A DNA stretch of 64,000 nucleotides from positions 896,001 through 960,000 of the forward strand of contig OZ242358.1 of NCBI GenBank assembly GCA_965208835.1, read 5' to 3'. The notes beneath the pieces were generated by a model, which did not search any database, was not told where the DNA came from, and saw nothing but the letters and a program-made list of their open reading frames with translations. A program made the translations under genes and the position numbers. Below, one piece after another: positions 38,101 through 47,700 of the stretch (positions within the stretch are counted from its first letter, which is position 1; the number at the start of each line of letters is the position of its first letter). This DNA comes from Candidatus Latescibacterota bacterium (lineage in GTDB: Bacteria; Latescibacterota; UBA2968; GCA-2709665).

Positions 38101-39805
38101 TCCCCCCAATCCTCAATTCCGTCAGGCCAGCGAGCAGCCCCATCGCGTCCGGAAGGTGGCCCGTCAGCCCGTTGTCCGTCAGATCGATTCCAGAGACTCG
38201 TCCGTTCGAATCGGTCGTCACGCCGTGCCACCGGTCAAAATCATCGTCTTCGAGCCAGCCGTCGGAACGCGTCCACCGCTCGCCGATGGTGGCTGCGTAA
38301 AGGCGTTTCAGGGCCTGTACATCGATTTCATTGCACCACGGGATATCCACGGCGCGTTGGACTCCGCCACGGGCCTCCACCTGCCGCGCCCATGCCCTGA
38401 ACGCGTCCGTGGCCGGCATGCATACGCCGCGAGTCTGTCGGCAGCCGAGGGTGATTAGACTGTTCAGTCCGGCAATGGTGTGGGGAAGTGAACCCGACAG
38501 TTGACTACCGCTAATCGTAAGTTCCACCAATCGGCGAAGATTCCCGAGTTCCGGCGGAACCGGGCCAGTCAATCGATTGCCGCCCAAGTCAAGCCGCTCC
38601 AACCGAACCAGGTTTCCGAGCTCCGGTGGGACCGGGCCGGTCAGTTGATTCCGACCCAGGTCCAGGCGATGCAACTCGGCAAGGTTGCCCAACTCGGGCG
38701 GGATCGGGCCCGTGAGTTGACTGCCACCCAGCGTCAGGACTTGCAACCCGGCAAGGCTCCCCAGCCAAGTCGGGATCCGGCCCGTTAGCGTATTGCCGTG
38801 GAGATCCAAACTGGTTAGTTGCTTTCGGTCGGCCAACCAGGGCGGAATCGGGCCCGTCAGCTCGTTGTTGCGCAGCGAAAGGACATTCAGCTCGGAAAGG
38901 CTGCCCAGTTCGGACGGAATCGGGCCCGTCAACTCGTTGCTGTCGAGGTCCAGTATTTCCAACTCGGCAAGGTTGCCCAGTTCGGACGGAATCGGCCCTG
39001 TCAGGTTGTTCCATCTTAAATCCAGATCCCTAAGTTTCGTGAGGCGGCCCAGTTCGGAAGGGATCTGACGCCTTAACTGGTTGTGGCCTAGGTCCAGACG
39101 TTGCAACTCGGTAAGGTTACCCATTTCCGACGGAATTGGCCCCGTGAGTCGATTGTACAGGAGGCTAAGCCGCCTGAGGTTCCTGAGATTCCCGAGTTCC
39201 GCGGGTATCCAGCCCGTGAGGTCGTTGTTTGTGATGAAGAGCGACTCCAGTCTGTCCAGTTTGCCCAGTTGCGGCGGAATGGGTCCTTGCAGGCCATGGG
39301 GCACCCACCGTTGCTTTTCTTCACTAAAGGTTCCGGAAAAATACACCCCCACAACCCGCCCTGAAGCGTCCGTCTCCACCCCATACCATTCCCCCAGCGG
39401 CGCATCGGTCAGCCAGTTGGTGTTGTCAATCCAGTTCGGTCCGTCGGTCGCATTGTACAACGCCACCAGCGCCGCGCGGTCGCCGCTGACCGAACCGCGA
39501 GGGCGGTCCTCGCACGAGGTCCCGAATACGCCAGCGAACGCCAGAAAATCCGACAGATCGATCGCGCCGCTACCGTCCAGATCCAAACGCGAGTTGAAAT
39601 TGGCATCCCCCGACCTTGCGCCAAAACCGCCGGCAAAGGCGAGGAAGTCCGCGAGGTTCACCTTCCCGTCCCCGTTGAAGTCGCCGGGGCACGTCGCGGA
39701 CTGCGCAGACACGGATTGCGGCTTTATTACGCCGATATCAACTGTCCACGTCGCGGCGACAACGGCCAATGTCGCGAAAATGCATATAACCAGGATCCTT
39801 CCCAT
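35195..39805 (-). CDS. Secreted dockerin-like/plant-type LRR/M66-like zinc metalloprotease, copy 3
   Basis: Same architecture with more LRRs in the first block; AHELGHNLGLQHAPC, EIMSYC; GGAG RBS before ATG 39805. Confidence 0.92.
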   Translation of the reverse strand: MGRILVICIFATLAVVAATWTVDIGVIKPQSVSAQSATCPGDFNGDGKVNLADFLAFAGGFGARSGDANFNSRLDLDGSGAIDLSDFLAFAGVFGTSCEDRPRGSVSGDRAALVALYNATDGPNWIDNTNWLTDAPLGEWYGVETDASGRVVGVYFSGTFSEEKQRWVPHGLQGPIPPQLGKLDRLESLFITNNDLTGWIPAELGNLRNLRRLSLLYNRLTGPIPSEMGNLTELQRLDLGHNQLRRQIPSELGRLTKLRDLDLRWNNLTGPIPSELGNLAELEILDLDSNELTGPIPSELGSLSELNVLSLRNNELTGPIPPWLADRKQLTSLDLHGNTLTGRIPTWLGSLAGLQVLTLGGSQLTGPIPPELGNLAELHRLDLGRNQLTGPVPPELGNLVRLERLDLGGNRLTGPVPPELGNLRRLVELTISGSQLSGSLPHTIAGLNSLITLGCRQTRGVCMPATDAFRAWARQVEARGGVQRAVDIPWCNEIDVQALKRLYAATIGERWTRSDGWLEDDDFDRWHGVTTDSNGRVSGIDLTDNGLTGHLPDAMGLLAGLTELRIGGNVLSGRVPLSLADLRLEQFDYAGTALCVADDAGFRRWLNGIPRHRGTGVQCPPLTEREALEWLYRGTDGPNWRESTRWMTDAPLAQWHGVEADAEGRVIGLNLANNGLSGSIPSEIGALSALIHLRLGSNRLSDAIPQEIGRLSELRSLKLNNNTLTGPIPAEVGALSKLTDLNLHGNKLSDAIPQEIGQLSELRVLDLASNNLSGPIPQKVGALGRLEQLELGWNHFSGGIPDEIGRLANLVILSLADNQLSGSIPPNIGSLNRLERLSLKSNQLSGGIPEEIGRLSNLARLNLADNQLSGSIPPEFGNLNRLERLSLKSNQLSGGIPEEIGRVAKLAWVNLAENQLSGPIPSRLGALANLAELVLGDNRLTGRLPAELGRAGKLVKLDLRSNSLSGPVPPEFGNLTLLKSLVLADNPDLTGPLPSAITALGRLELLMTGSTGLCRPADAGFDAWFGAIPERRLVRCEGGAAVYLTQTVQSWDDPVPLLAGEPALLRVFVTAPGSGTVTMPDVRATFYVDGAERHIVRIDPGSRSIPIKVTESDLALSANAEIPARIISPGMEMVIEVDPAGALDPSLGVTKRIPAEGRMAADVRAVPPLHLTLVPLLHETEPDLSIGESVRAMAEDPVGHELLADMRRMLPISELAVAAHEPVTTSFRDPHRLLGQTNAIRLMEGGTGYWMGAMESPPRIGGSNWYYVLPPGVADLGRPTSVSILDASIMAHELGHNLGLQHAPCGNPDDVDPWFPYELGNTGAWGYDLVEKALVMPSTPEIMSYCLSGDYWISDYHFNKALRHRLVEGVDAAAKLATRIDPVPTLLLWGGRDKDGVPYLDPTFVVESSPSLPSAGGEYTVEGATADGTPVFSYAFDMPVTADAEGKETSFVFTLPMQPEWAGSLASITLSGPGGSATLDGSTDRPMAILRDLKSGQVRGFLSDLTAEEAAQAAEGAFAAKPGTEVLFSRGIPDLR

Positions 39806-39939
39806 GGCAGTCTCCAATTGCTCGTTAACGGTACGTTGACTTGAGAGAGCGCTGACGTCCGAGCGAGCGCCCGCTACGAATTGAGTAGCCGCCGGATGTA
39901 TTGGCGGGAGCAGTAAAGAGTTGACATCTATTTCGCCGG

Positions 39940-39960
39940 CCCTTCGACTGGCTCAGGGAC
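39940..39960. repeat. Short extragenic repeat-like element
   Basis: CCCTTCGACTGGCTCAGGGAC, same CCTTCG...CTCAGG skeleton as the 40.7-40.9 kb repeats. Confidence 0.45.
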
Positions 39961-40440
39961 CGGCTCAGATTGAATTCGTACGATGAAAGCGTTTCGAGGA
40001 CAGCGGTTTCACGAGCGGTCGTCCGTCGAAGGGACACGCGACAGCGCCGTAGTTGGATTGATCCGATGTAGGGCGTACTGGGGTGTATACCTTCGCGAAT
40101 CTCGAAGGTGCGGATCGACGGACGATGCGAAGAATGGGAATAGAAAGGAGTGCGGCTTGTTAACGGAGGATAGTCAATCGACCAAGCCGGTGATTCATGA
40201 TTGCCCGACGGGGATGCCAGGCTGAAGGCTGTCTCTGGCGGTGGAATCCTGAATCGCAATAATGGCCCGCTGCTGCTTTGGTCGGTGGCGTCCCGTGACG
40301 ACATTCTGGCTCGAATCTTCGGACGATATCGCTTGAGGATTATTCTGCGACGCTATGGGAAACGAATGTGTTGCAATTTGCGTCAGTACGGATGACATGA
40401 TAGCGATTTTTTCTTGGATTATCACTGAAATATTGACCAA

Positions 40441-40462
40441 TTTCGATGATTTATTGGTGAAT
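40441..40462. promoter_or_regulatory. AT-rich upstream motif shared with 42159-42180
   Basis: TTTCGATGATTTATTGGTGAAT vs TTTCGATGATTTATTGATGAAT (21/22 identical). Confidence 0.6.
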
Positions 40463-40644
40463 TATCGTGTTTTTCGCCAGACGAGAGACGGATTTGCAGC
40501 AGCGATTCGAAATACATCTGGTTGATTTCGATAACGATCAGGGAGTCAGCGGGGAACCGACGCCAGGGGATGGAAGGGCGGTTGTGCTGCCTGAAGGGCT
40601 GTGTGAATGACAGACGCGCACGTACATTTGTAGGATGCAGGTGG

Positions 40645-40925
40645 CCGTTGTGCTGCCTCTAAGGTATCGCCAGATGCACATCTCTCGGGGATGATCCAAT
40701 GCTGCAGTAGATCCTTCGTCGGCCCTGGGGGCCTCCTCAGGATGACAGTGGGGGACACGGGGGCCTAATCGAGGAAGGGTGTGCGAGAGGGGGCGGAGGT
40801 GCTGCGTCTCAGGTATCGACACGTGCAAGTCGTGGAGAGATCATCTCATGCTGCAGTAGATCCTTCGTCGGCCTGGAGGCCTCCTCAGGATGACAGTATT
40901 GGCGACGAGGCGCAATCGAGGCGGG
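40645..40925. repeat. Degenerate ~148-bp tandem repeat with a conserved ~50-bp core
   Basis: ATGCTGCAGTAGATCCTTCGTCGGCC..GGCCTCCTCAGGATGACAGT at 40699-40749 and 40848-40897; flanks align with substitutions. Confidence 0.8.
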
Positions 40926-40993
40926 CAGACAGGAATGTCCGCCCCACCTTCACGATACGTCGCACTGGGTCTGCGTCATACTACAATGCGCCC

Positions 40994-41926
40994 TTACGAC
41001 CCGCTGGATTTCCCGAAATTCGCGGCGAACGTCAGAAAGTCCTGGAAATCCACGTCGCCGTCACCGTCGAGGTCTCCTAGCAGACCACTTTGTCCCGGTG
41101 TGCTTTCCGTTGTCATTTCAGAAGTCCAACGGACACTGCCGTCTTCCGCCAGGGTTTCCGCGGCGCCGTTTCCGTTGTCATCCACAAACGCTCTGAACTT
41201 CCCTGCCGAAATCGCCAGCGTGCCGTTGCCGTCGGGATCCGCGCTGAGCGTTCCGATCGGCAGACCTGACTCACTGAGGGTAAACAGGAAGCCGTTGCCG
41301 TTTGCATCGGCGCCCAGGGCGGAAGCGGGGTTCCCGTTCCCGTTAAAAACCGTCATCGCCGCATCTCCGGATTCGCCGAAGAAAAACCCGGCAACAGCCC
41401 CCGACCCGCCGCTGACGTTCAGAAATCCATTGCCCTGGTCCGTTTCGTCTGCGCCCAGGACCGCGACGACCCGATCAGTCGAGTTCAGGACGCTAAACAA
41501 GCCACCTCCGGAATCGCCTGAGCCGGCCAGTACACGGTACTTTCCCTTACTATCGCGGATGGCCAGCACGCCGTCCCCTGCCTCGTCGAAACCCAGGAAC
41601 GCGACAACGTTACCCGCTTCATTTACAATCTGCAACCTGCCGATCTTCAGGACTTCGTCAGCAGCCAGGGCCGTTTTGCTCAACCCGCCGTCCCCGGACT
41701 CAGGGGAGAATGTCCACTTCGAAACGACGTCCGCCGAAGCCCTGTCCGGGAATGACCCCGGAACCGGTACCAATGCGGGTCCTAACTCTTTTAACCATTT
41801 CGACGCAGTACTCAATGCAGGTGAAGTACTGAATAGAAACAAAAGGAGCAAGCCGATGATCGCGCGTTTCTGCCAATGCAATCGACGTTCCAGATTATCC
41901 ATTCTCCGTACGTCTGCCCGGTACAC
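40994..41926 (-). CDS. Exported beta-repeat protein with C-terminal dockerin-like EF-hand
   Basis: AAGGAGGT RBS plus GTG, hydrophobic segment, ~22-aa L....G.G.L.V.N..G repeats, LLGDLDGDGDVDFQDFLTFAANFGKS. Confidence 0.85.
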   Translation of the reverse strand: MYRADVRRMDNLERRLHWQKRAIIGLLLLFLFSTSPALSTASKWLKELGPALVPVPGSFPDRASADVVSKWTFSPESGDGGLSKTALAADEVLKIGRLQIVNEAGNVVAFLGFDEAGDGVLAIRDSKGKYRVLAGSGDSGGGLFSVLNSTDRVVAVLGADETDQGNGFLNVSGGSGAVAGFFFGESGDAAMTVFNGNGNPASALGADANGNGFLFTLSESGLPIGTLSADPDGNGTLAISAGKFRAFVDDNGNGAAETLAEDGSVRWTSEMTTESTPGQSGLLGDLDGDGDVDFQDFLTFAANFGKSSGS

Positions 41927-42305
41927 AACTGTACCTCCTTACGGTTATGTTGTTTACGTGCATCTTCAATAACGAACTCGAGAGTTCTCTCGCGCTTCGG
42001 AAGTCTTCGTCGCTGCGCGTTGATGCTGTTTCTTTCGAACTGACGATGCCACGTGGCGATGTCACACGCTTGCATGGTTGCGGTCTAAAAGGGTATCGTC
42101 CAATCAGCATGACTACAATAAGGAATTTTGGTTGGGATAGTTCTGAAATTTCGGTATATTTCGATGATTTATTGATGAATATTGCTGCAATTTGCGCCAT
42201 CGTTGCCGCGTCCGTGCGACGTTGGCTGGATTTCACTTCAGTCTCTTCAGGTGGCGCACATCCAGTCAATCGGGATGCGTCCTGAGGGCACGGGAGGAGA
42301 GAAGC

Positions 42306-44693
42306 ATGCAACTCGCTGAGAAGCTTCAGACAGAGAACAGAAAGCTGCGGGATCGCCTTTCACGATTGAGCCAGGCGAGTCAGCGCATTAACGAAAGCCT
42401 TGATTTTGAAACGGTACTGCAGGGTGTGGTGGACAGCGCCAGGTCCGTGACGGACGCCAGTTACTGCGTGGCTACGCTACATGACGACGAAGGACAGGTA
42501 CAGGAATTTCTCGTCTCAGGAATGCCGTCCCACTGGGTCGGACAAATGCAGAGCTTCCCGGCGTCGCCGCCGCTGCACGAGTACCTCCGCGGAATTGAGG
42601 AGCCCCTGCGTTTGCGAGACTTATACAGCCACGTCGGGGCGCTCGGCCTCCCCATCGTCCGGGCTCCCGGGTCGACTGCCGAAACCATTTCGTTTATGTC
42701 CGCGCCAATCCGACACCGTGGTGAGAGCGTCGGCCATTTCTTCCTGGCGGGAAAGGCGAGCGGTCCGGAGTTTACCGATGAAGACGAAGAGACGCTGGTC
42801 ATGTTTGCTTCCCAGGCCGCTCTGGTTATTGCCAACGCCCGGCGCTACCGGGACCAGCAACGGGCCATGGCCGACCGCGAAGCCGTCGTCAATACCGCCC
42901 CGGTGGGTGTGGTTGTCTTTGACGCAATCAGCGGAGAGCCGGTGTCTTTCAATCGTGAGGCGGTAAGGCTCGTGGAAGGCTTGCTGAATGGTGAGCCTGG
43001 ATTGGAGAATCTTCTGGAAGTTGTGACGATCCGCCGCGCCGACGGGCGTCAGGTATCCCTGAAGGAACTGTCCATTGCCCAGGCAATGAGCGAAGGCGAG
43101 ACGGTACGTGCCGAGGAGGTCGTTTTCGAGGTGCCGGACGGACGAAGCGTTAAGGCGCTCATGAACGCCACACCCATTCGCGCTGACGACGGACGGGTGA
43201 CGTCATTTGTCGTGACCCTTCAGGACATGGCGCCTTTGGATGAACTGGAGTTGATGCGGGCTGAATTCCTTGCCAAGATCAGCCACGATCTGCGTGCGCC
43301 GCTGGCCGCCATCAAGGGTTCCGCTGAGACCGCACTGGGCGACACGTTCCCGTTCCGGCAGGCCGAGATGGTCCAGTTCTTGCGGATAATCAGCGAGCAG
43401 GCCGACCAGATGGGCGTTCTGATCAACGATTTATTGGACGTGACGCGGATCGAGACGGGGACCCTGGTCGTCAGCCCGGTACCTGTACTGGTTACCGGAC
43501 TGCTGGACCAGGCCCGGAATACGTTTCTGAATGGATGGAACCGCGACAATGTTCACGTCGACATGGCCTCCGGCCTCCCGCCCGTATTGGCAGATCCGGG
43601 TCGGATCGTGCAGGTTGTGGTAAACCTGTTGACGAATGCAGCGCGGAATTCACCCGAAGGGTCTCCGATTCGGGTAAGTGCCATGCAGGAGGGCGATAAT
43701 GTGTCGGTCAGTGTCATCGACCAGGGTCGGGGTTTGTCTCCTGAACAGATGGCGCACCTCTTTCGCAAGTCGCCTCGTCACGATCGGGACGAGGTCTCCA
43801 GGGAAGATCCGAGGTCCGGCTGGGGCCTCTCCATATGCCGGGGTATCGTCGAAGCCCACGGCGGCCGCATCTTTGCCGAGAGCGAGGGGCCCGACAAGGG
43901 AACCCGGTTCAGATTCACCATACCGATTGCCGAGGGCGTCGAAAAACCCGTCGGTAGAGGTACCGTTCCGTCCGTCGCAGGCGCACGAATCCCGGGAAAT
44001 CCACCGGCCAAAATCCTCGTCGTGGACGATGACCCGCAAACGCTGCGCAGCGTCCGAGAAGCCCTGTCGAACGCCGGTTACGTTCCGGTCGTTACCGGAG
44101 ATGCGAACGAGGCGATTGCCCTGTTCAAAGAACACAGTCCCCAACTGGCCCTGCTGGACCTCGTGCTCCCGGGCAGCGACGGGGTCGAGTTGATGCGTGG
44201 CATCGTCGAAAAGGCAGACGTGCCGGTTATTTTCCTTTCCGCCTATGGGCACGAAGACGCCATTGCACGGGCCCTGGACAGCGGTGCTGCCGATTATCTC
44301 GTCAAGCCGTTCTCACCTACGGAACTGGCGGCCAGGATCAGGGCCGCCATTCGTAAGCACACGGTCCCTCGTTTGGTCGTGCCATCGGAGCCGTTTCTGC
44401 GTGGGAAGCTGAAGGTCGACTACGCTCGACGAAGGGTGACGATTTCCGGGACGCCCGTGGATCTGACAAGAATTGAGTATTTCGTTCTCCAGGAACTTGC
44501 GGTGAACGCCGGTCGGACGGTCTTCTACGAAGACATTCTGGGACGTATCTGGGCCAGGCGGGGCACCGACGACAGGCGGCCACTCCACGCCGCGGTCAAA
44601 AACATCCGGCGAAAGCTGGGTGACGATGCGAAGAACCCCAAATGGATTTTTAACGAACCGCGGGTCGGTTATCGCCTTGGAAAGACAGAATAG
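42306..44693 (+). CDS. Hybrid GAF-PAS-HisKA-HATPase-REC-OmpR wHTH regulator
   Basis: GAF (FT.EDE.TL.MFASQAA), PAS, ISHDLRAPL, NLLTNA, DQGRG, GWGLSIC, ILVVDDD, LLDLVLP, VKPF, LT.IEY.VL, IRRKLGDDA.NP.WI.NEPRVGYR. Confidence 0.93.
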   Translation: MQLAEKLQTENRKLRDRLSRLSQASQRINESLDFETVLQGVVDSARSVTDASYCVATLHDDEGQVQEFLVSGMPSHWVGQMQSFPASPPLHEYLRGIEEPLRLRDLYSHVGALGLPIVRAPGSTAETISFMSAPIRHRGESVGHFFLAGKASGPEFTDEDEETLVMFASQAALVIANARRYRDQQRAMADREAVVNTAPVGVVVFDAISGEPVSFNREAVRLVEGLLNGEPGLENLLEVVTIRRADGRQVSLKELSIAQAMSEGETVRAEEVVFEVPDGRSVKALMNATPIRADDGRVTSFVVTLQDMAPLDELELMRAEFLAKISHDLRAPLAAIKGSAETALGDTFPFRQAEMVQFLRIISEQADQMGVLINDLLDVTRIETGTLVVSPVPVLVTGLLDQARNTFLNGWNRDNVHVDMASGLPPVLADPGRIVQVVVNLLTNAARNSPEGSPIRVSAMQEGDNVSVSVIDQGRGLSPEQMAHLFRKSPRHDRDEVSREDPRSGWGLSICRGIVEAHGGRIFAESEGPDKGTRFRFTIPIAEGVEKPVGRGTVPSVAGARIPGNPPAKILVVDDDPQTLRSVREALSNAGYVPVVTGDANEAIALFKEHSPQLALLDLVLPGSDGVELMRGIVEKADVPVIFLSAYGHEDAIARALDSGAADYLVKPFSPTELAARIRAAIRKHTVPRLVVPSEPFLRGKLKVDYARRRVTISGTPVDLTRIEYFVLQELAVNAGRTVFYEDILGRIWARRGTDDRRPLHAAVKNIRRKLGDDAKNPKWIFNEPRVGYRLGKTE

Positions 44694-44757
44694 CGATGCC
44701 CGCCGTCGGCCAGGCGGAAGCGGATCCGGAACGACCCGGCAGCCTGGGTGCGGCAAT

Positions 44758-47700
44758 TCAGAAGTCCCGGAAAAGGGAGAGCCCGAAGCGATAGTCTCCG
44801 CCCCTGCCCCTTGTGACGGACTCTCCATTGGCGGCGCTCCGTCCCGAAAGGCGATATTCGCCGAGCAGCTCCAGCCGCAGATTCCTTGCGAGAAAACCCG
44901 GGGACCGGTCCGGACCTTCCACCACGTTGAGTCGCAGGCCGCCGCCCAGGCGGTGTAATCCCATGTCGTTCACGTCCAGTTCGACAAAGGGCTCCATCCC
45001 GCCCCTGCCTTTCTGGGTCCTCAGTCCGTAACCCAGGGCCGCACGCGTGCGGCCGGGACGCCAGTCCAGCGCCTCGCGTCCGCCCGCGGCGCTGCGGTAA
45101 GCCATCGTCCTTTCACCTTTCCACAGTGCCTCGACGCCGCTGCCGGCATTCTCTCCCCACGCCGGCGACAGCGACAGCGTCAGTCCCCTGTTATCGGATC
45201 CCGGGTCCAGACCAAGCGCCAGGCTCAGGCCGCGTTCTCTGAAGTCCCGGTCCTGATGCGCCGCCAGCCAGCGAGAACGGATCTCCACGTCCAGGCCGAT
45301 GCGGCGATTTGCAATGGAGAGCGCCCCGGCCAGTTCGGCACCCAAGCCCGTGTCGACGTCGCCGCCGTCAAGGCGTGCGCCCAGCGCCAGACTCAGATCC
45401 ATCCGCGTGTCTGGCGTTACGGACCATCCGGTGCTGCCGTTGACCATCATGCGAACGCGTCGGGCGTCACCTGCGGTTGCCCGCAGCCCGGCCAGGGCCT
45501 CGGAGCTGGTGCTCACCGCGAAGGCGTCCGCCGTCAACGCCAGGTCGACCTTCCTCACCCGCATCAGGTCCATCCTCCCGCCGAGCGCGGCGGACCGGCT
45601 GCTGATGTCCGTAACGATCGTACTGCTGCCCGTCCCCGCCAGCGGGCCGCCGTAGCCGCTGTTGAGTTCGGCGTCGCCCCTGCCGAAGCCCAGCATACCC
45701 CACAGGCCCAGCTTCCCGGTGGGGGACCAATGGAGGTAGGGACGCAGGCTGGTCAGTCGCGTGTGCCATTCGCCCGTACTCGCACCGGCATTGTCGAAGT
45801 CCTGCGTGCCATCGCTGTACGAGGCCGCCACACCCAGGGCGAACCTGTTTCCCCAGCGGTAATCGGCCCCGACGTACGCCGCCGTGACACCGCCGCCCAT
45901 GCGGTTATTCGATCCGGAGTCACCGGTATACCGGCTGCCGGTTCCTCGACCCCATAGCGTCCATCCACTCCATCCGGTTCCGGGACGGTCCATTGCGATC
46001 TGAAAGGAACTCCGCGTCAGAATACTCCGCCCGGAGGGCGCCCTCAGTGTGGGTTGAACGGCGTCCGGATCGGACGTTATCGCGGACAGCCCAGCCTGCG
46101 CTGCTGTTCCGGTCGCTGAACTGGAAGCCGGAACGTCCAGCGGTATGCCAAACATTCGTGCGGCAACGTGCGCCCACTCCATGGCATTGAACGCCTGCCC
46201 GAGGACAAGCCTGCTGCCATCGATTGTGGCTCGCAGCGCCCGTGACGTGGCTTCGAAGTGGCCGGTGATCGCATCCACGGCCTGGCTCAGCACCGTCCTG
46301 CCGAATGCCGCCAGCGAAAGCTCCAGCACGCGGGCGCGGTTGGACTGAAGATTTTCCACTATGACGGCGAAGGAGAGTGTCGCGCTCAGGCCAGACGGAT
46401 CGCGAGCCGTCACCGTAACGCGGGCGGTCGAGACCGCTACGGGCGAGAGGGCGATCACTCTGTCCGCCAAGCTGACGTTTACAATGCCGTTATCCGACGA
46501 CGCTTCGTAGGTCAGCGGGTCCCCGTCCGGGTCTGTGAACAGACCCGTCAGGTCGACCCGTCCGTTGGTGCCCATCGTCAGCACCTGGTCCGGGATGGTT
46601 CCCGTCACCGATGGTCCCAGATTCACTCCTGTTATCAAGATTCTCACCGTGGCTTCATCGCTTCTGGCGCCTCGGCTGTCTTCAACCCGATAGGTGAAAC
46701 GGTCTTCGGCCACCCTGCTTCCGTCGTGGATGTAGATGAAAGTCCCGTTCTCAAACAGCGTGAGTGACCCGTAATTGGGCGCCTCGACGAGGATTGCAGT
46801 CAACGTGCTCCAGTCGTCTTCAGCGTCCACGTCGTTGGCCAGTACGCTGATGTGTCCATCATCGGTTTCGGTTGCCGAAACACTGTTCGCCAGCGGCGCA
46901 ATCTTCGCGCCCGCCTCCGGTTCCGGTATATCGAAATCTTCGGGTGGCGTCGCGGACGGATTTCGCGTAACATCACGGGTGTCGCCGTTCCATAAGGACG
47001 TTGCCCTGCGGCCCCGGAAAACCGTTACGACGTCGTCCACCGCCACCGGCGCTGTGTTGACCCGCGTTCGACCGGTTCCGGAAGCCGACCAGGCGCCCGC
47101 ACCCTCCGCATTCTTCGCCCTGACTTGCACCTCGTAATCTGCGCCGGACTCCAGCCCCCGGATCGCCGCCATGGTCTTCGTGCCCGTGAACGGGTGGGAC
47201 GTCCAGTCCGCAGCGCCCTGCTTGCGGTACTGAACGTCGTAGTCGCTGATGGCCGGGCCGGTGTTCGCCGGCGGCCGCCAGTCCAACCGAAGGCTTTCCA
47301 GCGAGGCACCGGTGACCCTCGGCGCCGAGGGTGCGGCAGGCGGCTCGGCCGCGTCGGTGACGTTGATGGTCACCTCGATGACGCTGCTGCCCTCTCTTCC
47401 GTCATTGACGGTCACCGTAACCACGTAGGACAGGGGTCCCGCTTCGTAGTCCAGGGAAGCACCCTTGGAAACCGATATCTGACCGGTATCCGAATCGATG
47501 GCGAAGGCATCCGACCCTGACAGGGTATAGCTCAGGACATCACCGTTCGGATCCGTTGCCGCGACCGGTTCCCCGACCGTTCCGCCGGCGGGGGTATTCT
47601 CAGCCACTGCGCGCGTGGTTGCGGCGCCGGCGTCGAAGCCAGGCGGCTCGTTGTGGCCGTCGTCTATGATCGTGCCCGTTACGGGGTCGCCCACCGTCAC

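Noticed and set aside
26304-39805. Diversity-generating retroelement acting on the similar 3' ends
   Set aside because: No reverse transcriptase in the window, all copies are coding, and differences are not visibly adenine-specific
40201-40220. Sigma54 promoter for the LRR-protease cluster (TGGCATC on minus); likewise near 42050
   Set aside because: No GC at the required 10-nt spacing
40645-40925. CRISPR array
   Set aside because: Only two cores, ~100-bp intervals that are themselves homologous, no cas genes
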